From: Candidatus Latescibacterota bacterium
GTDB lineage: Bacteria > Latescibacterota > UBA2968 > GCA-2709665
Direction: 5' to 3'
Length of the DNA: 64,000 nucleotides
Assembly: GCA_965248435.1 (NCBI GenBank)
Contig: OZ252100.1
Coordinates: 3,200,001 to 3,264,000 of the forward strand
A model generated the notes under the pieces. That model did not search any database. It saw nothing but the letters and a program-made list of their open reading frames with translations, and had not been told where the DNA came from. The position numbers and the translations under genes were made by a program. Of the stretch, positions 1-9,675 are shown piece by piece; the first letter of the stretch is position 1; the number at the start of each line of letters is the position of its first letter.

Positions 1-206
1 CTTCCTGCGTGACTCGCGAAGTAGAGATAATAAGCTCCAAGCCTGTTATCGAGCCAGCCGGGCACGCGAATCAGAGAGGGTCCGGTAATGTTTGCGCCTA
101 CCCTGGGATGCGTCTCAGGCGTGATGATCGGTTCGTCACAGAGTCTTTTTATTTGCATCGCACCGTTTGCTGTTTGTTGTAGATCGCTAATGTCGTCTTC
201 CGACAT
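1..206 (-). CDS. Partial CDS (runs off window start), GH43-like/beta-propeller hypothetical protein
   Basis: Own translation from ATG at 206: MSEDDISDLQQ...EPIITPETHPRVGANITGPSLIRVPGWLDNRLGAYYLYFASHAG. The NI.GPSLIRVP.W...LG.YYLYFA.H.G pattern is typical of 5-bladed propeller glycosidase-like proteins. Not in the ORF track. Confidence 0.7.
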   Translation of the reverse strand, partial: MSEDDISDLQQTANGAMQIKRLCDEPIITPETHPRVGANITGPSLIRVPGWLDNRLGAYYLYFASHAG

Positions 207-223
207 TTCAGTGCACCCAGACA

Positions 224-760
224 CTACCACGCCTTCACCTGACGCAGGAACGCATCGGCCTCTCTGGGATTCCGAAACTCAATGACCGCAGCTTTCCCTT
301 GTTCGCCCGATTCAAACCGAGATCGATGACGACGTCGTCGGCCTGTGTGCGTCGTGAGGACCCACCATAGTATGGAGTCCTTGCTGAGAAATGTCATAGA
401 GAAGGACTCCCTGTTTCCGGAAAATATCTCCTCGCGTGTTATGAGCCGTTTTACGCAGCGCCTCAGTACCCGAAAGAATGACGTGGGAAGCGAGTAGTTG
501 AGCCATATGATGGTCGATGCCCGCGGCCAGACGATATCACGAACCTTGCCGTAATTCCCGTCGATGACCCAGCGGTCTTCTGCTGCCCGAGCTTCGACTG
601 CAGCACGGAACACATCGAGTTCTCTAGGTGTCCAGTTCGGCCCCCAATGCAGGGCGTCCAGCTCCACGAAGGGCGAGTTGAGGAGCGACGCAAGATTCCT
701 GGCAAAGGTGGTTTTTCCTGTTCCGCTCGTCCCGACGACAGAGGTTCGGTCAAGCGTCAG
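224..760 (-). CDS. Adenylate kinase-like P-loop protein (FlaR/topology-modulation family)
   Basis: Walker A GTSGTGKTT, ELDALHWGPNW, WVIDGNY. The ORF-track start at 919 overlaps the upstream gene; the likely start is CTG at 760, 8 nt after GGAGG. Confidence 0.8.
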   Translation of the reverse strand: MTLDRTSVVGTSGTGKTTFARNLASLLNSPFVELDALHWGPNWTPRELDVFRAAVEARAAEDRWVIDGNYGKVRDIVWPRASTIIWLNYSLPTSFFRVLRRCVKRLITREEIFSGNRESFSMTFLSKDSILWWVLTTHTGRRRRHRSRFESGEQGKAAVIEFRNPREADAFLRQVKAW

Positions 761-819
761 CCTGACACCCTCCGACGGAACAGTGCTGTTGTTCGATGTT
801 CCACGTATGGGTCTCTTTG

Positions 820-1749
820 CTAGATCAGACCTTCCAAAGTCTCGGCGCGCTCGATGCTTTCTTGCCAGTCGCCGCCGACCTCTGCGCTCCAGCTGGCGTG
901 GAGCACGGCGGAGGCCCATCCCCAGGTCAGGATGCGGTGACGAGACATGCCGGTCTCTTCGACGAGGATTTCGATGCGTCGCGCGAGCAGCTCGCGCCAG
1001 TCTTTTCCTTTGCAGGAATTTTCTGGATAGTTTCCGAAAAGGGCGTGGAATTCGTAGCAGGGATCGCCGACGATTCCCTTGGGGTCGATCGCCAGCCAGG
1101 GTGCGCGCTCTGCGCTCAGGACATTCCAGTGGTGCAGGTCGCCGTGCAGGACAACAGGCTTTGGAGAAGTCGCGATCAGCTCGGTGAATTCGGCCTCAGC
1201 CTTCTCTACCCACGTTTCAGGGAGCGGACCTGTTCCTCCGTTGAATCGCGCACGCAGGCGTTCGAGTCCTGAGAATTCGACCTCCATAGGGCGCAGGGAA
1301 TGCTCTGGAGGCGGTTCGCGCCAGAGCTGGCGCATGATTCGCGCAAGGATCCTGGTGTTTTCATCGTCGTTCGGCTCGACGCCCACCGGCACCCCGGGTC
1401 TCAATCGTTCGAGCAACATGGCGTTCAGCGCCCCGTCGTGATCCAGCAGTTCTACGCACGCTTCTCCCCCAAAGGTCTGGAGGATTTCACGCTCCCGCTC
1501 CACATCCGGTTTGTGGGAGCCGACCTTGACGATGACTTCGGTCCCGTCCCGGCGCGTCGCGGGAGCGATGTAGTTGAATGACATCTCCGTGTAATCTTCC
1601 GTCATGGGATCATCGATGCGCAGGTCCCATCGCCGGGCGCACGCCTCAAGCAGCTCCGGCAGACGCTCCAGCCAGGCGATGCCGTCTTCCTTGTACTGAT
1701 CTGTCACGCTGCTGGACAGGTGCTTGGAGACGAATATGGGTACCGACAT
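820..1749 (-). CDS. Aminoglycoside/hydroxyurea phosphotransferase (APH(6)/StrB-like kinase family)
   Basis: WLERLPELL, LLERLRPG, Brenner motif LHGDLHHWNVL, AIDPKG..GDP.YE. Confidence 0.85.
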   Translation of the reverse strand: MSVPIFVSKHLSSSVTDQYKEDGIAWLERLPELLEACARRWDLRIDDPMTEDYTEMSFNYIAPATRRDGTEVIVKVGSHKPDVEREREILQTFGGEACVELLDHDGALNAMLLERLRPGVPVGVEPNDDENTRILARIMRQLWREPPPEHSLRPMEVEFSGLERLRARFNGGTGPLPETWVEKAEAEFTELIATSPKPVVLHGDLHHWNVLSAERAPWLAIDPKGIVGDPCYEFHALFGNYPENSCKGKDWRELLARRIEILVEETGMSRHRILTWGWASAVLHASWSAEVGGDWQESIERAETLEGLI

Positions 1750-1770
1750 ACGGTTCCTGATTCGTAAACG

Positions 1771-2598
1771 TTACGGTTTACGTTTCATGACCGCCTGCAC
1801 CACTCGCAAGCGGTTCTCCTCCAGGTTCCGGAATAGATTCTTGAATTTGGTCAGCGCTTCGTCACCCATTAAAAGATGCAATCCAAGCGGCGGCCGGCCT
1901 TCGGCCTGCATTCGCTCCAGCGCCGTCTGAAAGAAGGCGACCGACGCTTTGGTCTTGTCTTCCCATCGCGACACTTCAAAACCCAAATCGGCCAGCAACC
2001 TCTGCAGGTCTTCCTCGGTAATCAAGTGACTTATCGAATCATCCGATGCCCAGGGTACGGGATAGAGCAGTTCATCGTTCGCTTTAGAGAGGATGTCGTG
2101 AAAGGCGAACTGCCCGTCTGCCTTTAACACTCTGGCAATCTCGCCATAGAAACCGGCTTTCTCCTCGATGTTCATCTGAACGTGTTCTGTCCAAACCACG
2201 TCGAACTGACCCTCTGAGAACGGCATCTCCAACGCACTTCCCTGCCGAAAGTGGGTCTGGCCGTCCAGACCTACTCGAGTCGACAAGAGCTCGGCAACTC
2301 TACAGTACTCGTCAGTCAGGTCGATCCCGATGACCTCGCACCCTGTCGTGGACGCCAGGTAGCGGGCTGTGCCTCCCAGTCCACATCCGACGTCGAGCAG
2401 CTGATGGTTCGGCGCGATCTGAGCCCACTCTGCCAGTTCTTCCGTCGCGGACCGGCCCCGAATGTGGAACGCATCGACAGGCGCGAGGTCGTCGACTGTC
2501 AGGGCATTAAGATCTTTCCCCGAGCTTTCGAGAGCCTGGAAAACTCTGTCCCCGATGTCGCCTACACCGTAGTGCCCAGCAATTTTGCGGTCATACAT
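1771..2598 (-). CDS. Class I SAM-dependent methyltransferase (sarcosine/dimethylglycine N-methyltransferase-like)
   Basis: Motif I LLDVGCGLGG, DAFHIRGR.AT, FDVVWTEHVQMNI, YPVPWA. Confidence 0.85.
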   Translation of the reverse strand: MYDRKIAGHYGVGDIGDRVFQALESSGKDLNALTVDDLAPVDAFHIRGRSATEELAEWAQIAPNHQLLDVGCGLGGTARYLASTTGCEVIGIDLTDEYCRVAELLSTRVGLDGQTHFRQGSALEMPFSEGQFDVVWTEHVQMNIEEKAGFYGEIARVLKADGQFAFHDILSKANDELLYPVPWASDDSISHLITEEDLQRLLADLGFEVSRWEDKTKASVAFFQTALERMQAEGRPPLGLHLLMGDEALTKFKNLFRNLEENRLRVVQAVMKRKP

Positions 2599-2620
2599 AA
2601 CTTGCCTTCACTGGAAAGTG

Positions 2621-3460
2621 TCAGCTCGGATCAGGTCGCGGGAGGTTCAGATAGACCGGCTTGCGGTCCATGAAGACGACCTGAGACTGGATGCCACTCT
2701 GTGCGGCCAATTCGGAGACCTCGGCGAAATGACTGCCGACGTGCTTGCTTTGATGGGCGTCGCTTCCAAAACTGATCTTTTTGCCTCCCAACTCGGCATA
2801 TCGCTTGACCGCCCAGTCTGCCGGCATCGGCTCTCCGACAGAGTCCCGCATCGTGCTGGTGTTCACCTCGGGGACGAGCTCGGCCGCGATGGCGGTTCGC
2901 CAGATCTCATCCAGGATGTCGCGGGATGAGACGACGTCGAAGGCATTGCAGTATCTCTGGGTGTAGCGTTTTACCAGGTCGACGTGTGAGAGGATGTCGA
3001 AGTAGTGCGTGCCTGTCTCCTTGAGCTCCAGGCACATCCTTACCGCCTCCAGGACTTTGGTAAAGTAGAGCTCCGTTTCGCGCCGCCAGTCGACATTCGC
3101 CCAGTGCTCAGGCTTGTACTTGGGCTTACCGTCCCACCAGTGGATGCTTAACAGGACGACGTCGAAGCTGTGCTCATCGATGTAGCTGAGGATGTCTTCC
3201 ATCTGCTCGGGCTGGTAATCGACTTCGATGCCCATTCCCACACGCAGCCGATCACCGAACTGCCCCCTGAGCTGAGAGACCGTCTCCAAAATCCCATCGT
3301 AGTCCCAACGGGAAATCTCCCACTCGCTTGGATGGGTGTCGAAATGCTCCGTGAAAGTGAGCCCGCTCAGGCCGTTCGCTATGGCCTGTCGGCAGTTCTC
3401 GGCAGGGTCTGCCTCCGAGTCGATGGAGTGTCTTGAATGCAGATGCTGGTCGTGGAGCAT
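2621..3460 (-). CDS. PHP-domain histidinol-phosphatase family (HisK/HisJ-like)
   Basis: DQHLHSRHS.DS, FTEHFD, GIEVD, SHVD, EVNTS, GSDAH. Start reassigned to ATG 3460 (MLHDQH). Confidence 0.85.
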   Translation of the reverse strand: MLHDQHLHSRHSIDSEADPAENCRQAIANGLSGLTFTEHFDTHPSEWEISRWDYDGILETVSQLRGQFGDRLRVGMGIEVDYQPEQMEDILSYIDEHSFDVVLLSIHWWDGKPKYKPEHWANVDWRRETELYFTKVLEAVRMCLELKETGTHYFDILSHVDLVKRYTQRYCNAFDVVSSRDILDEIWRTAIAAELVPEVNTSTMRDSVGEPMPADWAVKRYAELGGKKISFGSDAHQSKHVGSHFAEVSELAAQSGIQSQVVFMDRKPVYLNLPRPDPS

Positions 3461-3485
3461 CCTAGGTTCCAAAGGAGTCCTGGCT

Positions 3486-3839
3486 TCAGGGATCGATAAC
3501 CTCGTCAGGTTCCGGCATCTCTGGAAACTGGACTGCCATAACCGTGCTCTGCCCCTCGATGAGTGCTCTGCAGAGGCGGTGGCCCCCGTCCATGAGAGAG
3601 CCGTCTGAGTTGAGGATGATAGGCCGATCGAGAGATGCCGCGTTGATGCGCTGGCAGTGTTGGGCAACTTCCCTCAGCGTCGGGTTTTTCTCCGGACCAA
3701 ACCAGCAGTCTTCGTCCAGCTCTCGAATAGACGACACCTCAACTTTGAATGGTGGAAGTGAGGCTGATTTCGCCCAGAGATTGTCAGTGTACCAGACGAA
3801 CCGCTTCCCATCTCGAATGTTGGTGTGCTTCTGGGGCAT
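3486..3839 (-). CDS. Small ParB/Srx-like domain protein
   Basis: RPIILNSDGSLMDGGHRLCRA resembles the ParB/sulfiredoxin core PI.....DG.HR; AGGAG SD upstream. Confidence 0.6.
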   Translation of the reverse strand: MPQKHTNIRDGKRFVWYTDNLWAKSASLPPFKVEVSSIRELDEDCWFGPEKNPTLREVAQHCQRINAASLDRPIILNSDGSLMDGGHRLCRALIEGQSTVMAVQFPEMPEPDEVIDP

Positions 3840-3874
3840 CTCTTCTCCTTAGGACCTCGACTGGATTCCCCGGA

Positions 3875-4381
3875 CTAAAGCGTCAATTGGGTGTACTCGA
3901 CATCCAACCAGCGCCCGAATTTGTAGCCGACTTCCTTCAGGCAGCCTACGCGCTCGAATCCCAGGGTCTCTTGAAACGCCAGGCTCGCTGGGTGTTCCGT
4001 ACACGCGCCGCCGAGGATCGTGTGATGGCCGATCTCTCTTGCGCGGTCAATGAGGTCGACGAGAAGCGCCCGCCCGATCCCCTTTCGGTGAGACTCGTGA
4101 TCTACGTAGACCGAGGCCTCGACCGAATGCAGGTAAGCACATCGCGACTTCCACGGCGACAGCGCACCCCATCCGGCGACATTTCCATCCAGCTCGGCAA
4201 CTAACACCGGGTGGGTACTCGATCTTTCGCTGAACCATTGGCCGAGTTCTTGTTCCGTCTTTTGCTCGAGGTCAAATGTGCAGGTCGAGTTGACAATGTA
4301 ATAGTTATAGATGTCACCTATCGCAGGAAGATCATCGATTGTCGCGTGTCTAACGCTCACTTCAGGTTTGGTGCTTTTCAT
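3875..4381 (-). CDS. GNAT N-acetyltransferase (phosphinothricin/methionine sulfoximine acetyltransferase-like)
   Basis: IYNYYI.NST.TFD, RCAY.HSVEASVYV, HRKGIGRALL, GFERVG.LKEVGYKFGRWLDV. Confidence 0.9.
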   Translation of the reverse strand: MKSTKPEVSVRHATIDDLPAIGDIYNYYIVNSTCTFDLEQKTEQELGQWFSERSSTHPVLVAELDGNVAGWGALSPWKSRCAYLHSVEASVYVDHESHRKGIGRALLVDLIDRAREIGHHTILGGACTEHPASLAFQETLGFERVGCLKEVGYKFGRWLDVEYTQLTL

Positions 4382-4441
4382 TGTTAAGTCACTGATTTCC
4401 AGGTAAGGGTGGTACGAAGGATTGGGACCTCAGGAATATAC

Positions 4442-4469
4442 AAAAAAAGCCTCCCTGAGAGGGAGGCTG
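4442..4469 (-). terminator. Rho-independent terminator
   Basis: Minus strand AGCCTCCC-TCTCA-GGGAGGCT followed by a T run, downstream of the 4503-5318 gene. Confidence 0.8.
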
Positions 4470-4502
4470 TGAGCTCAGGCCGCTCAGGACAGTTTGGACA
4501 AC

Positions 4503-5318
4503 TCAGCCTCCCTTTTCTGCGATGAGCATCAGGCCGTTCGGCAGCTTAGAAACAATCTCTGGCAGGTCACAATTTTCCTCGTGTGAGCCCCACGATTCGA
4601 ACTCATCCATCTCCTTGATGCAGAATCCGGCCTGTGCGATCGCATTCACGACATCGGCAAGCGGATGGAAGAACTCGACGATCTCCGGACCCTGCCAGCC
4701 ACCGTACCTGTTGGCCATCGGGGTTCCGTCGAACGGGTAGTACTCGGGCGAGCGATCGAAGTAGCTTCGCTGAATGGTGATCACGCCGCTCCGCTCTTCG
4801 AGGCATTCCGAGACCGGATTGCCGTGTGTCACGACAAGCCTCCCGCCCGGCTTCAGGACCCGGTGCCAGGATCTGCAACACAGAAAGAGGTCCTCGAACC
4901 AGCAGATATATGTGGCGACGACCAGGTCGAACTGTTCGTCTGGAATCGGAGTGAGCGTCTGTGCGTCTGCGACCTGAAACTCGACCCGAGAGCCGATCTT
5001 TTCCGCGTTTTCTCTGGCGATCTGGATGGCGACTGGACTGAGGTCTGTCGCAACGACGTTGGCTCCCAGGTTCTCATAGGAGAACGCCTGTTTCGCGTCA
5101 CCAGCGCAACAGATGTCCAGGAGATTCAGGCCCTTGACGTCGCCGATCCGCTTGAGGAAGCCTTCGTCCAAGTCTACTCCGTCGTTGGCGAAGAAGGTGT
5201 GGAAGTCAGGTCGGTCATTGAGATTGAATTCCATGTAGGCGGGATGGTAGGCATCCCAGGCCTCCCTGAGCATCTTCAGGTGTCGGCTTTTCGCGTTCTT
5301 TTGGTTCTTCTCAGACAT
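4503..5318 (-). CDS. Class I SAM-dependent methyltransferase
   Basis: VKGLNLLDICCAG, ATDLSP.AI..A, FDLVVAT, HRVLKPGGRL. Likely start ATG 5318 (MSEKN). Confidence 0.8.
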   Translation of the reverse strand: MSEKNQKNAKSRHLKMLREAWDAYHPAYMEFNLNDRPDFHTFFANDGVDLDEGFLKRIGDVKGLNLLDICCAGDAKQAFSYENLGANVVATDLSPVAIQIARENAEKIGSRVEFQVADAQTLTPIPDEQFDLVVATYICWFEDLFLCCRSWHRVLKPGGRLVVTHGNPVSECLEERSGVITIQRSYFDRSPEYYPFDGTPMANRYGGWQGPEIVEFFHPLADVVNAIAQAGFCIKEMDEFESWGSHEENCDLPEIVSKLPNGLMLIAEKGG

Positions 5319-5481
5319 TGTGTGCCTCGGGAAGGGTGAGTTGGTCGGGAGTTTTCGCCCGTCGTTTCGGAAAGAACTAATCGACATCCGTCAATTTCTT
5401 GGTTACCTTCTGCGGGAAAGTTTGACGGTTCCAGGCCGGAATCAAACACTTGCGCAGATTGTTTTCTCGGAGGAACCTGAG

Positions 5482-5853
5482 ATGCCAAAGTATCCAAAAA
5501 GCTATCCAGAAGTCGAGCAGGTGATTCAGTGCGGGCCCGTTGTCCATGTGAGAGATCCTCAGGAGACGGCTCGCTATTACCGAGACGTATTGGGATTCGA
5601 GTATGACTTTGGTGGCGAACGTTACGCCGTTGTGTGGAGAGACAACGCGGCCGTCCACTTTGCGAAGAGCGATCAGCCTGCCTCTGGTGTAAAACTCTTC
5701 CTCTGGGTCAAGGATGCGGATGAAGTCTACGAAGAGTTCAGGAACAAAGGCGCTGAGATAAAAGTGGAGATAGGCGACAGAGAATATGGAGTCAGAGACT
5801 TTGGCGTCGAAGACCTCAACGGTCTGGAGGTCGTGATCGGACAGGACATCTGA
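5482..5853 (+). CDS. VOC/glyoxalase-bleomycin resistance family protein
   Basis: YYRDVLGF, VKDADEVYEE, DREYGVRDFGVEDLNG. GGAGG SD before ATG 5482. Confidence 0.85.
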   Translation: MPKYPKSYPEVEQVIQCGPVVHVRDPQETARYYRDVLGFEYDFGGERYAVVWRDNAAVHFAKSDQPASGVKLFLWVKDADEVYEEFRNKGAEIKVEIGDREYGVRDFGVEDLNGLEVVIGQDI

Positions 5854-5881
5854 GTCCTGGATTTCAGCGAGTCTGCACGAA

Positions 5882-5922
5882 CGGAGAGGGTGGTTACGAA
5901 CCAGCCTCTCCGTTTTTGTTTT
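5882..5922 (+). terminator. Rho-independent terminator
   Basis: CGGAGAGG-GTGGTT-ACG-AACCAG-CCTCTCCG then TTTTTGTTTTT. Confidence 0.8.
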
Positions 5923-5994
5923 TCGGGCTACGGTCGCTCAATCGCCATCACGCACAGAGACGTCGACTGCAAACACTGACTTGGATGTCGATTT

Positions 5995-7464
5995 TTATGA
6001 ACTCAGCCACTTATTCACGATTCCTTCATCGGACTCGTTGTAGCCGGTGAAGCAGTTGTCCATGATCTTCCAATAGTCTATGGAAGGATTATCCCTGAGC
6101 GCGTAACTTGCATCCACATACAGGCCACGTACGGCCTGACGTCTCCACTGACGGAACGCCTCTTTGTTGTAAGCGACCAGGTCCCGATGCGTCTGTTCGT
6201 AATCGACGATGGACCTCAAGTCCTCGTCCAACTGCTTGACGACGTCGGGTCGTTCTTCACTCAAATCATACAGCTCCTGCGGGTCGCTCTCGATGTCGAA
6301 CAACTGGGGAGAAAAGCCTACGAATGCGACATACTTCCACCTGTCTTTACGAAGCATATAGGCAGATGTGTTCAGCGTAATGCCCGTAAAACAGGCATAG
6401 GCCCAGTCACGGCTCTCAGTCGTGTTCCCGTTGGCGAGGGGCAGAAGAGACTCCCCATCCAAACCGCCGCGTGGTGAAAGGTTTCCCATCTGCATGAGGG
6501 TCGGACATATGTCGATCAACGATACCAGGTTCGACACTCGCAGACCCTGCTGGACACCGGGCCCTGTGAAAACCATGGGCACTCGGACAGATCCCTCGTA
6601 CATGGACATCTTGTACCACTCCTGGTGTTCCAGGGCCATCTCCCCGTGGTCTCCGGCGAACACGAAGTACGTATTCTCCGCGAGTCCCAGCTCGTGCATC
6701 GCATCGTAAACGGTGCCGACAAGGGCGTCCGCTTCCGCACACATCGCGAAGTAAATTCTGCGCAGTTGTCTCACCGTTTCGGGATCGAACCCAAAGCGCC
6801 ACCCTTTGGTCATCCGTTGATACAGCCTCACAGGATGATCGGTCTCGTCTAATTCGGGGATGTCCACGGCCTCCGATGCGATCTTTTGCAGCCAGTGTTG
6901 ATTCGTATTGAACGGGGCGTGCACGAGCGACGTGCTGACGTATAGGAAGAAGGGTTTCTCACTTCCCCGCTGATGCTTCAAAAAATCAACTGCGTGATCC
7001 ACGTGCTGCCAGTCCCCCTCGTGGCAACGTATGTCCTCGCTGTCTGCGACGCTGAAGCACTGAGAGGGGTCCTTGTCGTGGATCGGTCTGTTGATTCCGG
7101 ATGTTCCCAGCCAGGCTCCGAGTCGGGCCAATTGCGTATGCTTACCCGACGTGTAGTCAAGCTTCCCGAAGGTGCCGAGTGTATGCGTCCTGGGCAACTC
7201 ATCGGGTAAAGACCACATGCCCGGCTCCAGGCCTTTGTGGTTGTTCCAGCTCTCGCAATGGTGGGTATACTGCCCGGACCACATATTGGCTCGAGACGGA
7301 CAGCAGATGGGGTGAGAGCAGTAGGCATTCTCGAACAGCGCACCAGATCGAGCGATGCGATCGATGTTCGGCGTGGCGTCCTTGAGTGCGGGATGTCCCA
7401 TAGCGCCGAGCATGCGGCCATCCCAGCTATCGGCGTGAAAGAAGACGATGTTGCTTTTAGCCAT
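5995..7464 (-). CDS. Formylglycine-dependent sulfatase (Cys-type; choline-sulfatase/ARSK-like)
   Basis: NIVFFHADS, TPNIDRIA, CCPSRA signature (CxPxR), GDHGE, MYEGSVRVP. Start ATG 7464. Confidence 0.9.
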   Translation of the reverse strand: MAKSNIVFFHADSWDGRMLGAMGHPALKDATPNIDRIARSGALFENAYCSHPICCPSRANMWSGQYTHHCESWNNHKGLEPGMWSLPDELPRTHTLGTFGKLDYTSGKHTQLARLGAWLGTSGINRPIHDKDPSQCFSVADSEDIRCHEGDWQHVDHAVDFLKHQRGSEKPFFLYVSTSLVHAPFNTNQHWLQKIASEAVDIPELDETDHPVRLYQRMTKGWRFGFDPETVRQLRRIYFAMCAEADALVGTVYDAMHELGLAENTYFVFAGDHGEMALEHQEWYKMSMYEGSVRVPMVFTGPGVQQGLRVSNLVSLIDICPTLMQMGNLSPRGGLDGESLLPLANGNTTESRDWAYACFTGITLNTSAYMLRKDRWKYVAFVGFSPQLFDIESDPQELYDLSEERPDVVKQLDEDLRSIVDYEQTHRDLVAYNKEAFRQWRRQAVRGLYVDASYALRDNPSIDYWKIMDNCFTGYNESDEGIVNKWLSS

Positions 7465-7545
7465 TATTTCTCCTTCGGACGGGTCGTTGCGCACGCCAGA
7501 CCTTGATCTCGTTTCACGGGATGCGCGAGGATCGGGAAAAGAATG

Positions 7546-8696
7546 CTACGTCTGGAGATAGATGAGGTCTCCCTCTTCTACCAGGTGATGGAGACTGACG
7601 ACCTGACCGGGCTGCACTACAGAGCTTCCCCACACTCTGGCCGATTTTAGGGGTGTGTCTCTCAGCAAGGTCGATTCGGCCGCAATCTCTTCCACCGAAC
7701 TCGCTCGGGGCTCGAGGTGCGGTGTCCGCTCGGCATCGGTCGCTGGTTTCTCGGCAATGTAGACACGAATGAGCCCGAGCAGCTCCAGCAAGGCTTCGAG
7801 GACCTGCTCAGACTGGGCTTCGCCAAAAAATCCGTCTGCAGTATCCGATAGTCCGGGTAGGCAGCACGGAGGGATTCTGTCCGGGCTTCCGCATCGGCGA
7901 CATCGCGCTTGTTCGCGAGGATGATCGCTGGAATAAGCTTCTTGTGCTCGATGTGTGCACGGACTTCGTTCTCGCGAAATCCGGACCTTATGACGACCTC
8001 GGCGTGGTGGACGCCGGCTTCTGTAAGGATCGTGCTCGCCGTATTCTGTTCGGCGCGCGGGATCTCCTGCCCGGTGAACCGGACACCACCCCGTCCCTTC
8101 AGCCGGATCGTGGTCGCCAGAGGACCGGGTATGGGCTCGATGTGAGCGGCGGACAGTTCCTCGCGGACAGATTCCATCTGCACGCGCGGGTCTCCCGACA
8201 GGTCCGCCACGATCGCGACGGCATCTGCAGATCCGATCAGGTGAAGCAGCGCCCGACCAGCGCCCTCACCCTCGGAGAGCCCCGCTACGATCGGAGGGGT
8301 GTCCACGAGCTGGAGGGCGCCGCCCTCGCAGGCCAACATTCCGGGTACCGGCTGCTGCGTAGCGAAGGGGTAATCGGCGATAACTGTCGGCGCGCCCGTG
8401 AGCGCGTAGACCAGGGCAGACTTGCCGCTGTTGGGCATGCCGATCATTGCAACCTGGGCCGCGCCCTGACGTTTGACGTGTAGCGAGGCGGTGTGGTCGC
8501 GGGACCGCACGGATTGAGTGGTTTCGAGCTTCTGCGCCAGTTTGAGCAGTCGCTTCTTCAGATCGGCATAGGGGCCCCTCCACGAATCGTGCCAGCCGTC
8601 GAGGTAACGCTGCACGATGCGGAGTTGCTCGCGCTCTGTTTTGTCGCCGATCTCCTTCTGGATTTTCGTCCACAGATCTCTGGCCGGCATCGGCAT
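7546..8696 (-). pseudogene. DRG/Rbg-like OBG-family GTPase with C-terminal TGS domain, frameshifted near 7826
   Basis: G1 GMPNSGKS, DYPFAT, QLVDTPP, G4 NKRD in 7662-8696. The TGS-like tail LGLIRVY...SARVWGSSV..PGQ.V...H....GD is in another frame (7546-7791); the junction lies at a T6 run. Confidence 0.8.
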
Positions 8697-8702
8697 GTCG
8701 AT

Positions 8703-9671
8703 TCACTCCCCAGACGTCGCGCTCAGGATACGTCGCCTCTTATCCTGGTCCTCCGCCTCGTAGTACAACCTGCATCGGCCGTCGTCGAGACCGATGACGC
8801 AGGGCTCCGATACCATACCGCAGTCGAGTGGGCGGTCGAGATCCAGGAGCGGGCCTGCATCCTTCATCCAGTTCAACCCATTCGTGGAAGAGCCGCTGAA
8901 GATCCCACCGCGTATTTTGTCACTCCAGCCCGAATAGTAGATACGATAGCTGCCGTCGGCCAGGCGGATCACCTCTGGCGCATAAACCGCGTAGGATTCC
9001 CGCTCCGCGTCCTCCTGCGGAACGCGAATACCGGGCTCGATCTCGAACTGCAGGCCATCGCCCGAGACAGCGCTGATGATGTGGTTCCGAGCTCCGAGAC
9101 CGGATTGCATCGGGTAGGAGTAGTGATGAAAGTAGAGCCGGTAACCCAGCCCTGTCGGTGATTCGGGATCTTCCACATAGATACACCTCGGGGAACCGAA
9201 GGACCACTCAGGATCTGCGACTCGAACGCCTGCTTCCCGTTCCCATTCCAGGCCGTCTGTGGATATGGCGCTGAGGACCACTGACGGCCCCTTGCTCGAT
9301 CTGGCCTCGAAGTACATTCGCCAGCGACAATCCGGAAGCGGGATCACGTCGGGGCAGAGGACCCTGCGCGATGCGTTGGGCTCGTGGGCGTCCAGCCTGA
9401 TTCCTGGCTCTTTCTGCCAGTTCAACCCGTCAGTCGAAAGAGCGCTGAGAATGTAGCCCTGCGAAGCTTCTACGGGTCGTTCGGGGCCGAGGCCGGTGTA
9501 GTAGATGCGAAATCCGCCCTGCGGGAGTCGCACGACATTGGGCGTGAGGATGCTGAGTGAATCGAGGGGTGAGTCGGGGCCGATAGAGACCTCCGGGTCC
9601 TTTACCCAGATCAGTCCCGGATCGTCCGCAATGTAGTGAACCGACTGGAGGCCTGAGAAATCGGTGTTCAT
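8703..9671 (-). CDS. Five-bladed beta-propeller glycoside-hydrolase-like protein
   Basis: Repeated P.V..L.DG.(F/Y)R.YY and SA.S.DGL.W..E.G.R blades. Confidence 0.7.
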   Translation of the reverse strand: MNTDFSGLQSVHYIADDPGLIWVKDPEVSIGPDSPLDSLSILTPNVVRLPQGGFRIYYTGLGPERPVEASQGYILSALSTDGLNWQKEPGIRLDAHEPNASRRVLCPDVIPLPDCRWRMYFEARSSKGPSVVLSAISTDGLEWEREAGVRVADPEWSFGSPRCIYVEDPESPTGLGYRLYFHHYSYPMQSGLGARNHIISAVSGDGLQFEIEPGIRVPQEDAERESYAVYAPEVIRLADGSYRIYYSGWSDKIRGGIFSGSSTNGLNWMKDAGPLLDLDRPLDCGMVSEPCVIGLDDGRCRLYYEAEDQDKRRRILSATSGE

Positions 9672-9675
9672 GATC

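Noticed and set aside
820-1749. Calling this a true streptomycin-resistance gene (strB)
   Set aside because: Only family-level kinase motifs are visible; substrate cannot be inferred.
224-5853. Run of small resistance-like genes (APH, GNAT, methyltransferases, VOC) as an integron cassette array
   Set aside because: No integrase, and no repeated attC-like RYYYAAC...GTTRRRY inverted structures in the short spacers.
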